Source: Prevotella sp.
GTDB lineage: Bacteria; Bacteroidota; Bacteroidia; Bacteroidales; Dysgonomonadaceae
Assembly (NCBI GenBank): GCA_031285625.1
Contig: JAITVV010000048.1
Location: 1 to 64,000, forward strand
Length of the DNA: 64,000 bases
Direction of reading: 5' to 3'
The notes beneath the pieces were generated by a model. That model did not search any database and was not told where the DNA came from. It saw only the letters and a program-made list of their open reading frames with translations. Both the position numbers and the translations under genes were made by a program. This document shows, one piece after another, positions 32,808 through 42,677 of this stretch. How positions within the stretch are numbered: position 1 is the stretch's first letter; each line of letters starts with the position of its first letter.

Positions 32808-33773
32808 TTAAACTTCAGGCTCTTCCTCAACGCCATAAGTATCAGACACAATAAATAATTCAGTATTCTCAGCTTCAAAATCCAATTGCTGATAACCGGA
32901 TTCAATCTTGTCATCTTCATTAATCACTCCGTTACCATTAATATCAGCTATTCTTAAAGCTCCCAACTTAATTTTATCTAAATCAGTCCCTGTTGCATAT
33001 TCCGGAGCTTCATCTATTTGTGCCTGAGTTGTAAATAGCCCAACTACCTGATAATTTTCACGCAAGAATGTCTTTTCTCCATTTTCTACCTTATAAAATA
33101 AGTCTTCAGTATAGTAATGTGAAAATGCTACTTTACCTTCCGTATCTGTTTTAGCACTATCTACCAATACATATTTGTCATCACTGAACTCGTAGAATTT
33201 GATAAATGCGCCATTAGATGTTTTTTTCTCATCAGCTCCCTCAGCCCATTCTTCGTTGACTTCATAAACTGTAAAATTGCTAATTGTTGCAGGGGTTGCA
33301 GGAAGTACATCGGTAATCACATATATCTGACTATTTCCAGCCATTACCGGTTCTGACGATTCCATTGATATACCATTAACAAGAACTTTTCCGTCTTTCA
33401 TTGTTAACTTAATAGACTCCTTATTAATAGCCCTGATTATAACTGTATCCTTATCACTTTTGGGTAAACTATGTATACCTGTTGCAATATGGCGTACTAT
33501 ATTGTCTTTCGTGATAGCACCATCTGCACTCAAGGTACTTTCAGTCTTATCCTCCACAGCAAATACAGTAATGGAATCTGTCCCGACATCAATACCATCT
33601 GTACTTTTTAGAACCTGAGTAAAATCAGTTACCCCTTCCATCGTTTCAAGTTTACTGATCACCTGTTTTAATTCTTTATTGTTCTCTATTTTTGGATCAT
33701 CATCGTCACTACATGCTACAGATGAAAATACCAAGGTTAACATTGCAATACTTAAATAAAAAAACTTTTTCAT
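32808..33773 (-). CDS. Lipoprotein with fasciclin-like domain and SusC-loop-like C-terminus
   Basis: Lipobox VAC-SDDDD; ITVFAV..RHI..IYVITDVL (FAS1-like); GLF....ID...G.....DINGNGVINEDD. Confidence 0.65.
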   Translation of the reverse strand: MKKFFYLSIAMLTLVFSSVACSDDDDPKIENNKELKQVISKLETMEGVTDFTQVLKSTDGIDVGTDSITVFAVEDKTESTLSADGAITKDNIVRHIATGIHSLPKSDKDTVIIRAINKESIKLTMKDGKVLVNGISMESSEPVMAGNSQIYVITDVLPATPATISNFTVYEVNEEWAEGADEKKTSNGAFIKFYEFSDDKYVLVDSAKTDTEGKVAFSHYYTEDLFYKVENGEKTFLRENYQVVGLFTTQAQIDEAPEYATGTDLDKIKLGALRIADINGNGVINEDDKIESGYQQLDFEAENTELFIVSDTYGVEEEPEV

Positions 33774-34017
33774 AAATTAAACATTTAATTAATAATAATA
33801 TTTATTGTACTTATAACCTGTTCTATAGTCCATAATGGACTAGTACAACCGCAATGTTTAATTGTGAAAGTGATTCTGATAAATAGAATAAAGGAAGGGC
33901 ATAAAGCACCTTCGGGCATAAATTAATTAAAAGACGGAGTAGTTTGAAGTATGCTGCATAAAGTGATTTTAATTTAACATTCTTTAATGTGTCCTGGAGA
34001 CATAAAAAAAATAAAGC

Positions 34018-34055
34018 TAAAAAAAACCGTCCTGAAATGGGCAATTTCAGGACGG
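34018..34055 (-). terminator. Strong intrinsic terminator
   Basis: ccgtcctgaaat-N5-atttcaggacgg followed by a T-run on the minus strand. Confidence 0.85.
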
Positions 34056-34146
34056 GGAGGATAACCAAAAGCAATCCTCATTTTCGGGAACTTCATAACT
34101 ACCTTATACTGAGGCTTACAACCTTACACAAAACTTCAATTACTCA

Positions 34147-34371
34147 TCAAGCAGTATGCTCGCTTTTTATATTAGAATGCAAACAATATATGCAACCTCT
34201 TATCTTTCTTAAAGGAAATAAATCTTTGGCTTTTATTATAACTTCTTCAGCTGTGGAAAACAATCCTAGGTATGTCCTGTTTAATGAATCAGAACAATAA
34301 GGGCATCCATTTTCATGAACTTCATAGGATCCACTAGCTTGTTGGTCATCGTCTAAATAATAATGGATCAT
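34147..34371 (-). CDS. Small Cys/His-rich putative metal-binding protein (start MIHYY at 34371)
   Basis: EVHENGC...YLG.F...GCIYC pattern. Confidence 0.7.
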   Translation of the reverse strand: MIHYYLDDDQQASGSYEVHENGCPYCSDSLNRTYLGLFSTAEEVIIKAKDLFPLRKIRGCIYCLHSNIKSEHTA

Positions 34372-34537
34372 TTTATAATGATTGCAATAATAAAAAACAT
34401 TACATAGATAGTAAAGAGTATTGCTATTTACAAGGCCATACAACTTTTTAAACTAACAATCAAACAATAATCATTTGATTATTAAATATTTTAATATCCC
34501 CAAAAGTGTACTTAATATGACTTTTAATTAAAGGAAA

Positions 34538-34567
34538 AACGCCCCAAATTTTTATTCGGGGCGTTTC
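34538..34567 (-). terminator. Intrinsic terminator
   Basis: aaacgcccc...ggggcgttt. Confidence 0.75.
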
Positions 34568-34602
34568 AAAGAGAATTACTCTTCAATTTCAAGCTTTTTA
34601 TA

Positions 34603-35052
34603 TTACATCTCATGAATTTTCATTTCCAAAAACTTAAGAAAATTATCGGCATAGAAATCATTATCCTCACTCACATAATCACGACAACAAACTCTGTATT
34701 CATTATCTTTTATTCCGGATTCTACCAAAAAATAATATAGATAATCACCATCATCTGCCTCCAAAATGGTCAACTCATTTTCCAGAAATCCGTTTTCAAC
34801 ATCCCTTTTATATGAATATAGGATGTCGCTATCAGCTTCATCCCTAAACTCGGGAGGAGCAATTGTCTTAATGTATTCATAATGGACTTTAAAGTACTCA
34901 AATTCCTGTACCCACCATTTGTAAGACTCTGGCAGAGGAAAGCCTAACTCTCTCTCGGTAAAATCTATCCATTCTTTCTGCACAAAGCCCTTATTTCCAT
35001 GCTTTATTTTATATTCATTAGCACTAAACAGATTCAAAAAAGCATCATACAT
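34603..35052 (-). CDS. SMI1/KNR4 (SUKH) family immunity-like protein
   Basis: IDFTERELGFPLPESYKWW...YADNFLKFL. Confidence 0.88.
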   Translation of the reverse strand: MYDAFLNLFSANEYKIKHGNKGFVQKEWIDFTERELGFPLPESYKWWVQEFEYFKVHYEYIKTIAPPEFRDEADSDILYSYKRDVENGFLENELTILEADDGDYLYYFLVESGIKDNEYRVCCRDYVSEDNDFYADNFLKFLEMKIHEM

Positions 35053-35177
35053 AGTATTATATTAAAGTTTTAATTAGTTCAAAAATCTAATACTCTTACA
35101 AGTTAAGATATGTACAAAAATATGATAATTTAAGATTTATCGTGTACATTTGTGACAGAAACTCAACAAAAATAGAA

Positions 35178-35489
35178 ATGAGAAATTTTTGCCTGATCTT
35201 CATCTTATTCATAATTGTTCCATCAGTATGGTTCTCGTCTTGTTCCGGATCTGATGATAATGATGACAATGAAAAGCCGGTAATTTCAAATGTAAGATTC
35301 AATTTTGATGACACTATAGTTTATGAAGGTCAGTCTATTAAGATCAATGACTCAAAAAATACAGATCCCAATCGAACTGATATTTTGGTTATTGGAAAGA
35401 TGATTTATTTAACTGCTACTTTTCAAGACGATCTAGCCCTGTCAAGCTACAAGGTTGTATTAGATAGCGTACCTGACCACCGGCAGTAA
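35178..35489 (+). pseudogene. 3'-truncated lipoprotein gene
   Basis: Lipobox FSSC-SGSDD, KPVI..., ATFQDDLALSSYKV; runs abruptly into the antisense strand of the acyltransferase remnant. Confidence 0.65.
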
Positions 35490-36104
35490 TAACATAACCA
35501 ATAAGAAATAAAGGTATTGCAGCAGTCAGAGTACGTTTCCAACTCCAATCGAGAGGGTATTGAACCAGATAGTATGCTAAAACCAGATACCCAAGGAAAC
35601 CGGAAAAATAATAGAACATACCATATTCATTCCAGTCACATATTCCAAGAATACCCATGTTTCCATTATTACCCGTATAACCCAGATATGGAGCCAACAT
35701 TTGCAGATAAGGAAGACACATGCTTATAATCCAGATCCGTAAGAACCACTGAATATCCTTCTTAGAGGCTTGCTTCAACCAGGAACTGATTATAGGCATA
35801 AACAAATAAAGGCCAATCAACATATATACATACCACAGAGGTGTAGTGTCATAATTAAAATTAAAAATAAATGTATACAATTTCTGCAAAGTCAATCCTA
35901 TAGTATAATTCTCTGTAAGAATATTAGGACTTAGAATCTTTATTCCGGAATTTACATAAAGAAAATAGAGAACAGGCAGCATCAATGACCAAAATATAAA
36001 TGGTAGCAGCAACCGCTTGGCACGTTTTGAATAAAAAGTTGATATGTCCATTTTTATCGGTAATAATAACACCATGCAATGTGTTCTTTGGGCATTGTGT
36101 TCAT
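35470..36104 (-). pseudogene. Acyltransferase-3 (OafA-like) pseudogene with internal frameshifting deletion and 3' truncation
   Basis: MNTMPKEHIAW from 36104 is fused out of frame to VLLLP..FYSKR.KR...LWYVYMLIGLYL..P; C-terminal half is missing. Confidence 0.8.
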
Positions 36105-36301
36105 GATATTTTTATTTATAATTTAAGTTGCGCGAAATTACAGAAATTAAGTATGACTGGAAATACCACAAATCGAATATTTACACAAAGTATGTTAAGA
36201 TATCTATTAACAGAGATTTATACAAACAATAAAAAAACATAAGCAAATATTCCAAAAATTATTTTTCAGTATATTTACATTATAGTTTAAAAAAGAAGAA
36301 T

Positions 36302-36901
36302 ATGGCAAGTGGCTTCGCGACAACAAAATTAAGATCTCAAATATTTATACTTATCATAGGAATCATACTGGGAATAATGGTAATGTACCTTATTGCCCAA
36401 AAGAAAAACAGTACTGTGCAAATATCCCACAGCATGGTACTTGAGAAGGTTGAAAGCCTGGGAAATCTGGAAGTAACTAGATATAGTATACAGGACATGA
36501 TGGAATATAAGAAAGTGCGGAGATGGCTGCCTAATGCTAAAACTGCACTTGTAGTTTCGGGTGAAGTCATTTGTTGTGTTGATCTTACCAAACTGAAACC
36601 TGAAGATATAAAAGTTACAGATAAAACCATACACTTGCAATTACCTTCACCTGAAATATGCCATGTAAAAATCGATCATTCTAAATCACGCATCTACAAT
36701 ATGGAGTTTGGCCTATGGGAATCCACCAAAATAGTAGATGAAGCATACTCTTTTGCCGAAAAACAATTAGATGAGAAAGCCAGACAATTGGATATGCTTA
36801 GTCAGAGCCGCGACAATACTGTCAATTTACTCAAGCCTATATTAGAAGCTATGGGATTTGAAGAAGTCATTATTTCATTTTCACCCCAAAAGAAGGGTTA
36901 A
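36302..36901 (+). CDS. DUF4230 domain protein
   Basis: N-terminal TM; LG.LE, GEV...VDL, LP.PEI. Confidence 0.85.
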   Translation: MASGFATTKLRSQIFILIIGIILGIMVMYLIAQKKNSTVQISHSMVLEKVESLGNLEVTRYSIQDMMEYKKVRRWLPNAKTALVVSGEVICCVDLTKLKPEDIKVTDKTIHLQLPSPEICHVKIDHSKSRIYNMEFGLWESTKIVDEAYSFAEKQLDEKARQLDMLSQSRDNTVNLLKPILEAMGFEEVIISFSPQKKG

Positions 36902-37072
36902 GTATATTCTTTAGAGAATCAAAGCCAATTTACTTGTAACTATTTTTAACATAATAGAACGCAACATTGACTTGTCTTTCAGCATCTTTACCATAAGAAG
37001 GTATTGATCTGAAAAATAAAAGTCGTATATTTGTTTTATATCTCTTTTTTGAGATTTTTTACATTATGCATT

Positions 37073-37099
37073 AAACCTTTTGAAGGTTATACAGTCTAA
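37073..37099 (+). promoter_or_regulatory. Possible ECF-sigma promoter
   Basis: AAAC-N17-GTCTAA upstream of the low-complexity protein/OMP pair; a housekeeping TATATTTG is at 37026-37033. Confidence 0.4.
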
Positions 37100-37187
37100 A
37101 GATTATAATGAGATAGGCCCATTATTTACAGTAAGTTACACAAAATACAACTAAGATTACAAATTATAATTAATAGGAGAGCAGATT

Positions 37188-38636
37188 ATGAAGGTTAAAA
37201 AAGTTTTACTAACGGTTTTGGTGTCAGCGATGCCGTTCTTTGCTTTTGCGCAGGAATGGGATGACATCTATGCTACTTCTAAATCTAAAAATAACAAACA
37301 AGAAGAAGTAAAGAAAGCTGCGCCTCAAAAACAAGTGGATCAATCCAGGGTCCTTCTTGTAAAAGATAACGGTGACATAACATTGGAATCGACAGGAAAT
37401 GTTAACATCGATGTTGATGCTTACAACCGCAGAGGTGGAAATGTTAGTGTATATGAAAATACTCAATATGCTGAAGATTCACTGGTATATGATGATCAAT
37501 ATCAGGACTATGAATATACAGATCGTATTGTAAAATTCCATGATCCCGCTAATAGTGTTAAAATCTCAAGCGATAACGAAATAAATGTATATGTCGTAAA
37601 TGATTCGTATAGCAACTATTATCGTAATCGTGGATGGAATTTTAATGTAAATCTTGGCTGGGGCTGGGGAGGTGGCTATTATAATAGTTATTATCCTTGG
37701 TACGATCCATGGTATTATCCATCATACTCATGGGGATGGTATGATCCATGGTATTATGGCAGTTGGGGCTGGGGTTGGAGCAGACCTTGGTACAATTGGG
37801 GATGGAACAGGCCTTGGTATGGCGGCGGTTGGTATGCTGGCTGGTATGGCGGCGGCTGGTATGGCGGACACCATCACCATCGTTCTAATTACTCATACTC
37901 AGGAAGACCACGTTACGGATATGGCTCCAGTGGACGCTATTCAGCATCTAGCGGACGTTATGGTAGTTCATCAGGAAGATATTCTTCATCATACAGTGGA
38001 GGTAGAGGTTCGTCAGTTGGCACTCGCCCATCATACGGAACAGGAGGTAGAGGCTCATCTGTAGGTACTCGTCCATCTTATGGTTCAAGTGGCAGAGGCT
38101 CATCTACAGGGGTAAGTACAAGACCAACTACACGTCCTAGTTATAATACAGGAACATCAACGGGCAGAGGGTCATCTAGTGGTGTAAGCACAAGACCGAC
38201 AACTCGTCCTAGTTACAATACCGGAACTTCAACAGGTAGAGGTTCATCTAGTGGTGTAAGTACAAGACCGACTACACGCCCTAGCTACAATAGTGGTAGT
38301 TCTTCGACTGGCAGAGGATCCTCCAGTTCAGGTGTAAGTTCAAGGCCATCTACTCGTCCAAGCTATAACAGCAGTGGATCAAGCAGCAGTAGCTCGCGTC
38401 CAAGTTATAATAGTTCGTCTAGTTCACGTCCTAGCTATAACAGTAGCTCATCAAGTAGATCAAGTAGTTCTAGTTCACGTCCTAGCTATAATAGCAGCAG
38501 TTCTTCGTCAAGTAGGAGTTCAAGCTACAGTAGTCCTTCAAGCAGTTCTTCTAGAGGCTCTTACAGTTCAGGAAGTTCTTCCTCTGGTCGTTCTTCCGGT
38601 GGTGGAGGTGGCAGAAGCGGTGGCGGACGTCGATAA
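37188..38636 (+). CDS. Secreted protein with Trp/Tyr/Gly-rich middle and Ser/Gly/Arg low-complexity repeat tail
   Basis: Signal peptide, DDIY motif, YPWYDPWY repeats, ~24-aa GRGSS.GVSTRPTTRPSYNTGTST tandem units, ends GGRR. Confidence 0.85.
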   Translation: MKVKKVLLTVLVSAMPFFAFAQEWDDIYATSKSKNNKQEEVKKAAPQKQVDQSRVLLVKDNGDITLESTGNVNIDVDAYNRRGGNVSVYENTQYAEDSLVYDDQYQDYEYTDRIVKFHDPANSVKISSDNEINVYVVNDSYSNYYRNRGWNFNVNLGWGWGGGYYNSYYPWYDPWYYPSYSWGWYDPWYYGSWGWGWSRPWYNWGWNRPWYGGGWYAGWYGGGWYGGHHHHRSNYSYSGRPRYGYGSSGRYSASSGRYGSSSGRYSSSYSGGRGSSVGTRPSYGTGGRGSSVGTRPSYGSSGRGSSTGVSTRPTTRPSYNTGTSTGRGSSSGVSTRPTTRPSYNTGTSTGRGSSSGVSTRPTTRPSYNSGSSSTGRGSSSSGVSSRPSTRPSYNSSGSSSSSSRPSYNSSSSSRPSYNSSSSSRSSSSSSRPSYNSSSSSSSRSSSYSSPSSSSSRGSYSSGSSSSGRSSGGGGGRSGGGRR

Positions 38637-38665
38637 ATTATGAAACTAAAAAACTGAAAATACTA

Positions 38666-38704
38666 AAAAAGCTGTTTCAATGAATAAAACTGGAACAGCT
38701 TTTT
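38666..38704 (+). terminator. Intergenic hairpin/terminator
   Basis: aaaagctgtttca...tggaacagctttt. Confidence 0.65.
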
Positions 38705-38736
38705 AAGGAAATATACAAACGTTAGATATTATAATT

Positions 38737-40347
38737 ATGAGAAAGATATCATTCTTAATGTTAGCATCTCTATTTTCATTTGCAACTATCAATGCCCAGA
38801 ATGAGATGGATGCTTATAAATGTTCAAAAAATGATTTGACCGGTACAGCCCGTTCTGTAGCTATGGGAGGAGCTTTTGGCGCCTTAGGTGGAGATATCTC
38901 CGGTATTGCAATTAATCCTGCAGGTATAGGAGTTTATCAAAAATCAGAAATTGTGACTACTATTAATTTTCAGAATACGAAGTCACAGGCAGAGCTAAAC
39001 GTTGGAAAAGACAGTGAAAACAAATTTAAATTTACGTTTGATAATTTAGCCTTTGTTACTGTTTTCCCTTTGAATAGTGATGTTGTACCTACATTAAATA
39101 TAGGATTTTCTTATAATCGTTTGAAAAGTTTTGACCGTCAATATCTAATGAGAGGTGATTATACTCAATCATTAACAGATTATATTGCAGGAAGGGCAAC
39201 CAGTAATGGTATCTCTAGTGATAATATAGCACTAAAAGGAAATGATCAATGGAATGTCTGGAACAATCAGGACTGGTTAACAGTACTGGGATATAATTCT
39301 TTCTTAGTGAACGAAACATCGACAGGAAAATACTCGACAGCGATACCTGATAATATTCCTGTATCCAGTGATTTATTCGTACAGGAAAAAGGTGCTATCG
39401 ACTCATATGATTTTAACATAGGTGCATCTATTTCAGATGTAGTAAATGTTGGTGCTACTATATCAATGACTGATATAAACTACCGTCTTTATTCTCAATA
39501 TACGGAGTATATGTTAGACGGTAACGGTGGTATTGCAGATAATCGTAGATTTGATTTATACAACTGGGATAGAACAGATGGGACAGGCTGGCAGGTTAAA
39601 GCCGGAATAATTGTAAAACCGGTACAGGAACTTCGTATCGGACTATCTTACCATTCACCGACTTGGTATAAAATGACCGATCATTTCGCTGCTGATTTGG
39701 TACACAACTTATCAGGTGTACAAGGAGCTAATTTAGGTCAGGACTATGCCCCAGGGGAAGTCTTAAGCTACGATGGAGATGAAGATGCAGTTTATGACTA
39801 CAAGCTGCGCACACCTGATAAATGGACATTCAGTCTAGCCGGAGTAATTGCTTCCAAAGCTATTATTAGTGCTGATTATGAGTTGACTAATTACAAAAAC
39901 AATATGAGATTACATGATCGCAATAGTAATACTCTATCTCCAGACCCGAATGAGTATATTAAAAATGATTTTAGAATGTCATCATCTGTTCGCGTAGGAT
40001 TAGAATATCGTTTTACAAGTAAGTTTCTTGGTCGTGTAGGTTATTCCTGGGTACAAAGCCCTTTTGAAACAACTATAAAAAATAGCGGAGAAGAAGTTAC
40101 CACAGATCCTCGCCCTGTTACACAATATGCATTTGATGGAGACACACACTATATTACATATGGCTTAGGGTATCAGTTTATTCCTCAAAGGCGTTCGGAT
40201 GACAGAGAAGTCGGCTATTTCTATACAGATATTGCTTTTGTAATGAAAACTCAAAAGGATGACTTGTATGCTTTTAACGGGGCTGAAAAAGCAACTCTTA
40301 AAACAAACTCTTTCCGAGGTTTATTAACTGTAGGATATAAATTCTAG
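38737..40347 (+). CDS. FadL/OmpP1-like outer-membrane beta-barrel
   Basis: GTARSVAMGGAFGALGGD.S...NPAG hatch motif; C-terminal TVGYKF. Confidence 0.88.
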   Translation: MRKISFLMLASLFSFATINAQNEMDAYKCSKNDLTGTARSVAMGGAFGALGGDISGIAINPAGIGVYQKSEIVTTINFQNTKSQAELNVGKDSENKFKFTFDNLAFVTVFPLNSDVVPTLNIGFSYNRLKSFDRQYLMRGDYTQSLTDYIAGRATSNGISSDNIALKGNDQWNVWNNQDWLTVLGYNSFLVNETSTGKYSTAIPDNIPVSSDLFVQEKGAIDSYDFNIGASISDVVNVGATISMTDINYRLYSQYTEYMLDGNGGIADNRRFDLYNWDRTDGTGWQVKAGIIVKPVQELRIGLSYHSPTWYKMTDHFAADLVHNLSGVQGANLGQDYAPGEVLSYDGDEDAVYDYKLRTPDKWTFSLAGVIASKAIISADYELTNYKNNMRLHDRNSNTLSPDPNEYIKNDFRMSSSVRVGLEYRFTSKFLGRVGYSWVQSPFETTIKNSGEEVTTDPRPVTQYAFDGDTHYITYGLGYQFIPQRRSDDREVGYFYTDIAFVMKTQKDDLYAFNGAEKATLKTNSFRGLLTVGYKF

Positions 40348-40361
40348 AAAATAACATAGTA

Positions 40362-40399
40362 AAGAAGCAGCGATTTCGTTTTGAAATTGCTGCTTTTTT
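40362..40399 (+). terminator. Intrinsic terminator
   Basis: aagcagcgatttc-gtttt-gaaattgctgctttttt. Confidence 0.85.
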
Positions 40400-40438
40400 A
40401 TTATTGTGAGATATATTTGTATTTTATAAATTAATTAT

Positions 40439-40897
40439 ATGAAACTTGAAATAAGAAAACTTGATAAAAGTGAACCTGTTCCTTTCGACCTGCTATATTT
40501 GGCTGATCCATCAAAAGAAGCTGTAAATGACTATTTAAACAGAGGGACTTGCTATATAGGTCTATCAAATGATAAAATAATCGGAGTTTATGTTTTACTC
40601 CCTACCCGGCCTTTTACGATTGAACTCGTAAATCTGGCTGTTGATGAGGCATTCCACAATAAGGGATTAGGCAGAAAACTTATCGATCACGCAATAACTG
40701 TTGCCCGGGATGGAAATTATCAGGTACTTGAAGTTGGTACCGGTAATGCCGGAATAGGACAAATGGCACTTTATCAGAAATGCGGTTTTTCAATTGTACA
40801 TGTTGATTTCGATTTTTTCAGGAAACATTATGATGAGCCAATTTTCGAGAATGGTATTGAATGCCGCCATATGATCCGTCTAAGTATGGATTTGTAA
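40439..40897 (+). CDS. GNAT N-acetyltransferase
   Basis: LL.LADPS, NLAV....NKGLG, VGTGNA, YQKCGF. Confidence 0.92.
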   Translation: MKLEIRKLDKSEPVPFDLLYLADPSKEAVNDYLNRGTCYIGLSNDKIIGVYVLLPTRPFTIELVNLAVDEAFHNKGLGRKLIDHAITVARDGNYQVLEVGTGNAGIGQMALYQKCGFSIVHVDFDFFRKHYDEPIFENGIECRHMIRLSMDL

Positions 40898-40928
40898 TAG
40901 ACTCAGATTAATCATAGACAATAGAATA

Positions 40929-41489
40929 ATGACTGAAAAAGAGAAAGCAGAAAGAGGTCTTTTGTATGATGCAAATTCCGATCAGGAAATTCTTGCCGAC
41001 AGGCAGAGAGCAAAAGAAATACTTTATGAATACAATAATCTGCATCCTAAAAAGCAAGATGAAAGGAAGCAAATATTAAGGCTATTGCTAAATAAGACTG
41101 GAAATGAATTCATTTTTGAACCTCCTTTTTATTGCGATTACGGATATAACATTGAAGTTGGAGAGAATTTTTTTGCTAATATGAATCTGGTTATTCTGGA
41201 TGGAGCGAAAGTAAGTATAGGAAATAATGTTTTTATTGCACCTAATGTAGGCATTTATACTGCAGGGCATCCTTTAGATGAAATACAACGAAATGAAGGT
41301 CTGGAGTATGCATATCCTGTTACTATAGGCAATAGTGTATGGATAGGTGCGGGTGTGAGCATTCTGCCCGGAGTAACTGTTGGTAATAACGTGGTAATAG
41401 GTGCAGGGAGTGTAGTAACAAAAGATATACCAGATAACTGTGTTGTCGCAGGAAACCCCGCAGTTATAAAAAAGAGATTGGATAAATAA
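40929..41489 (+). CDS. maa: Sugar (maltose-type) O-acetyltransferase
   Basis: PPFYCDYGYNI, YTAGHP, hexapeptide repeats, AGNPA. Confidence 0.92.
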   Translation: MTEKEKAERGLLYDANSDQEILADRQRAKEILYEYNNLHPKKQDERKQILRLLLNKTGNEFIFEPPFYCDYGYNIEVGENFFANMNLVILDGAKVSIGNNVFIAPNVGIYTAGHPLDEIQRNEGLEYAYPVTIGNSVWIGAGVSILPGVTVGNNVVIGAGSVVTKDIPDNCVVAGNPAVIKKRLDK

Positions 41490-41492
41490 TCC

Positions 41493-42080
41493 ATGGAGCA
41501 TATTTTAGAAATAGCAAAGCGGAATGAACAACGTGCATGGAAAATCATAAATGATTCCGATGTAATCAATATATGGCAGTCGGTAGGGGCAAAAATAAAT
41601 CTTGTCGGTTCTTTAAAGATGGGACTTTTAATGAAACATCGTGATATCGATTTTCACATATATACAGACTCCCTGAATATTTCTGACAGTTTTGCAGCCA
41701 TGAGGAAACTTGCTGAAAATCCTTTTATAAAACGCATCGAGTACAACAACTTAATAGATACAGATGAAAAATGTATAGAATGGCATGCATGGTACCTTGA
41801 TGAAGATGAACAATTATGGCAATTAGACATGATCCATATACTGAAAGGGTCTTTTTATGACGGTTATTTTGAGAAGATGGCCGACCGTATATGCGAGGTG
41901 TTAACGCCAGAAACAAGGCTGACTATATTGAACTTGAAGAATGAAACTCCTGAAAGAAAAAAGATAATAGGGGTAGAATATTACAAGGCTGTTATTCAGG
42001 ATGGCATTAAAACATATGATGAGTTTTTAGAATGGAAGAAAAATCATCCTAATAATGGAATTATAAATTGGATTCCTTAA
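41493..42080 (+). CDS. Hypothetical protein with nucleotidyltransferase-like GS..DID motif
   Basis: LVGSL.MGL....DIDFH and later W.LD. Confidence 0.65.
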   Translation: MEHILEIAKRNEQRAWKIINDSDVINIWQSVGAKINLVGSLKMGLLMKHRDIDFHIYTDSLNISDSFAAMRKLAENPFIKRIEYNNLIDTDEKCIEWHAWYLDEDEQLWQLDMIHILKGSFYDGYFEKMADRICEVLTPETRLTILNLKNETPERKKIIGVEYYKAVIQDGIKTYDEFLEWKKNHPNNGIINWIP

Positions 42081-42093
42081 TTTATAGTAAATA

Positions 42094-42125
42094 AAAAGGG
42101 TTTTGCAAATTGCAAAACCCTTTTC
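42094..42125. terminator. Bidirectional terminator
   Basis: aaaaagggttttgcaa-a-ttgcaaaaccctttt. Confidence 0.9.
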
Positions 42126-42142
42126 TATTATTAGCTGAAATA

Positions 42143-42646
42143 TTATTTTTTCAGAGCATTAATTGCTGCATCATAATTTGGTTCGTTAGTAGTTTCTGCT
42201 ACCAGTTCATTATAAAGTACTTTCCCTTCAGTATCAAGAACAACAACCGAACGGGCAAGTAGACCTTTCAATGGACCATCAAGAGTCAATACACCATATG
42301 CTTTAGCAAATTCAGGATTTCTGAAAACTGATGCAGGGTGTACATTTTCAATACCTTCTGTTGTACAGAAGCGTCCTGCTGCAAATGGTAAATCTGCTGA
42401 AACAGCAAGTATTACTGTATTGGGAAGATTAGCAGCCTCTTTGTTGAACTTACGTACTGATGCTGCACAAACACCTGTATCCAGGCTAGGAAAAATATTA
42501 AGAATTACATTCTTTCCTTTAAGGTCTTTTAGAGATACTTCAGACAGGTCTGATTTAACCAAAACAAATTCAGGGGCTGTTGTGCCTACTGCCGGAAGTT
42601 GTCCGCTAATATTTACTGGAGAACCTTTAAATGTTACTTGTGACAT
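42143..42646 (-). CDS. tpx: Thiol peroxidase
   Basis: NIFPSLDTGVCA.S.R.FN, SADLPFA..RFC, EPNYD. Confidence 0.96.
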   Translation of the reverse strand: MSQVTFKGSPVNISGQLPAVGTTAPEFVLVKSDLSEVSLKDLKGKNVILNIFPSLDTGVCAASVRKFNKEAANLPNTVILAVSADLPFAAGRFCTTEGIENVHPASVFRNPEFAKAYGVLTLDGPLKGLLARSVVVLDTEGKVLYNELVAETTNEPNYDAAINALKK

Positions 42647-42677
42647 AATTTTTGTTTTTAATTGTTTGTTAATAGTT

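Noticed and set aside
38030-38600. Tandem DNA repeats as an array or mobile element
   Set aside because: They are in-frame coding repeats of the low-complexity protein.
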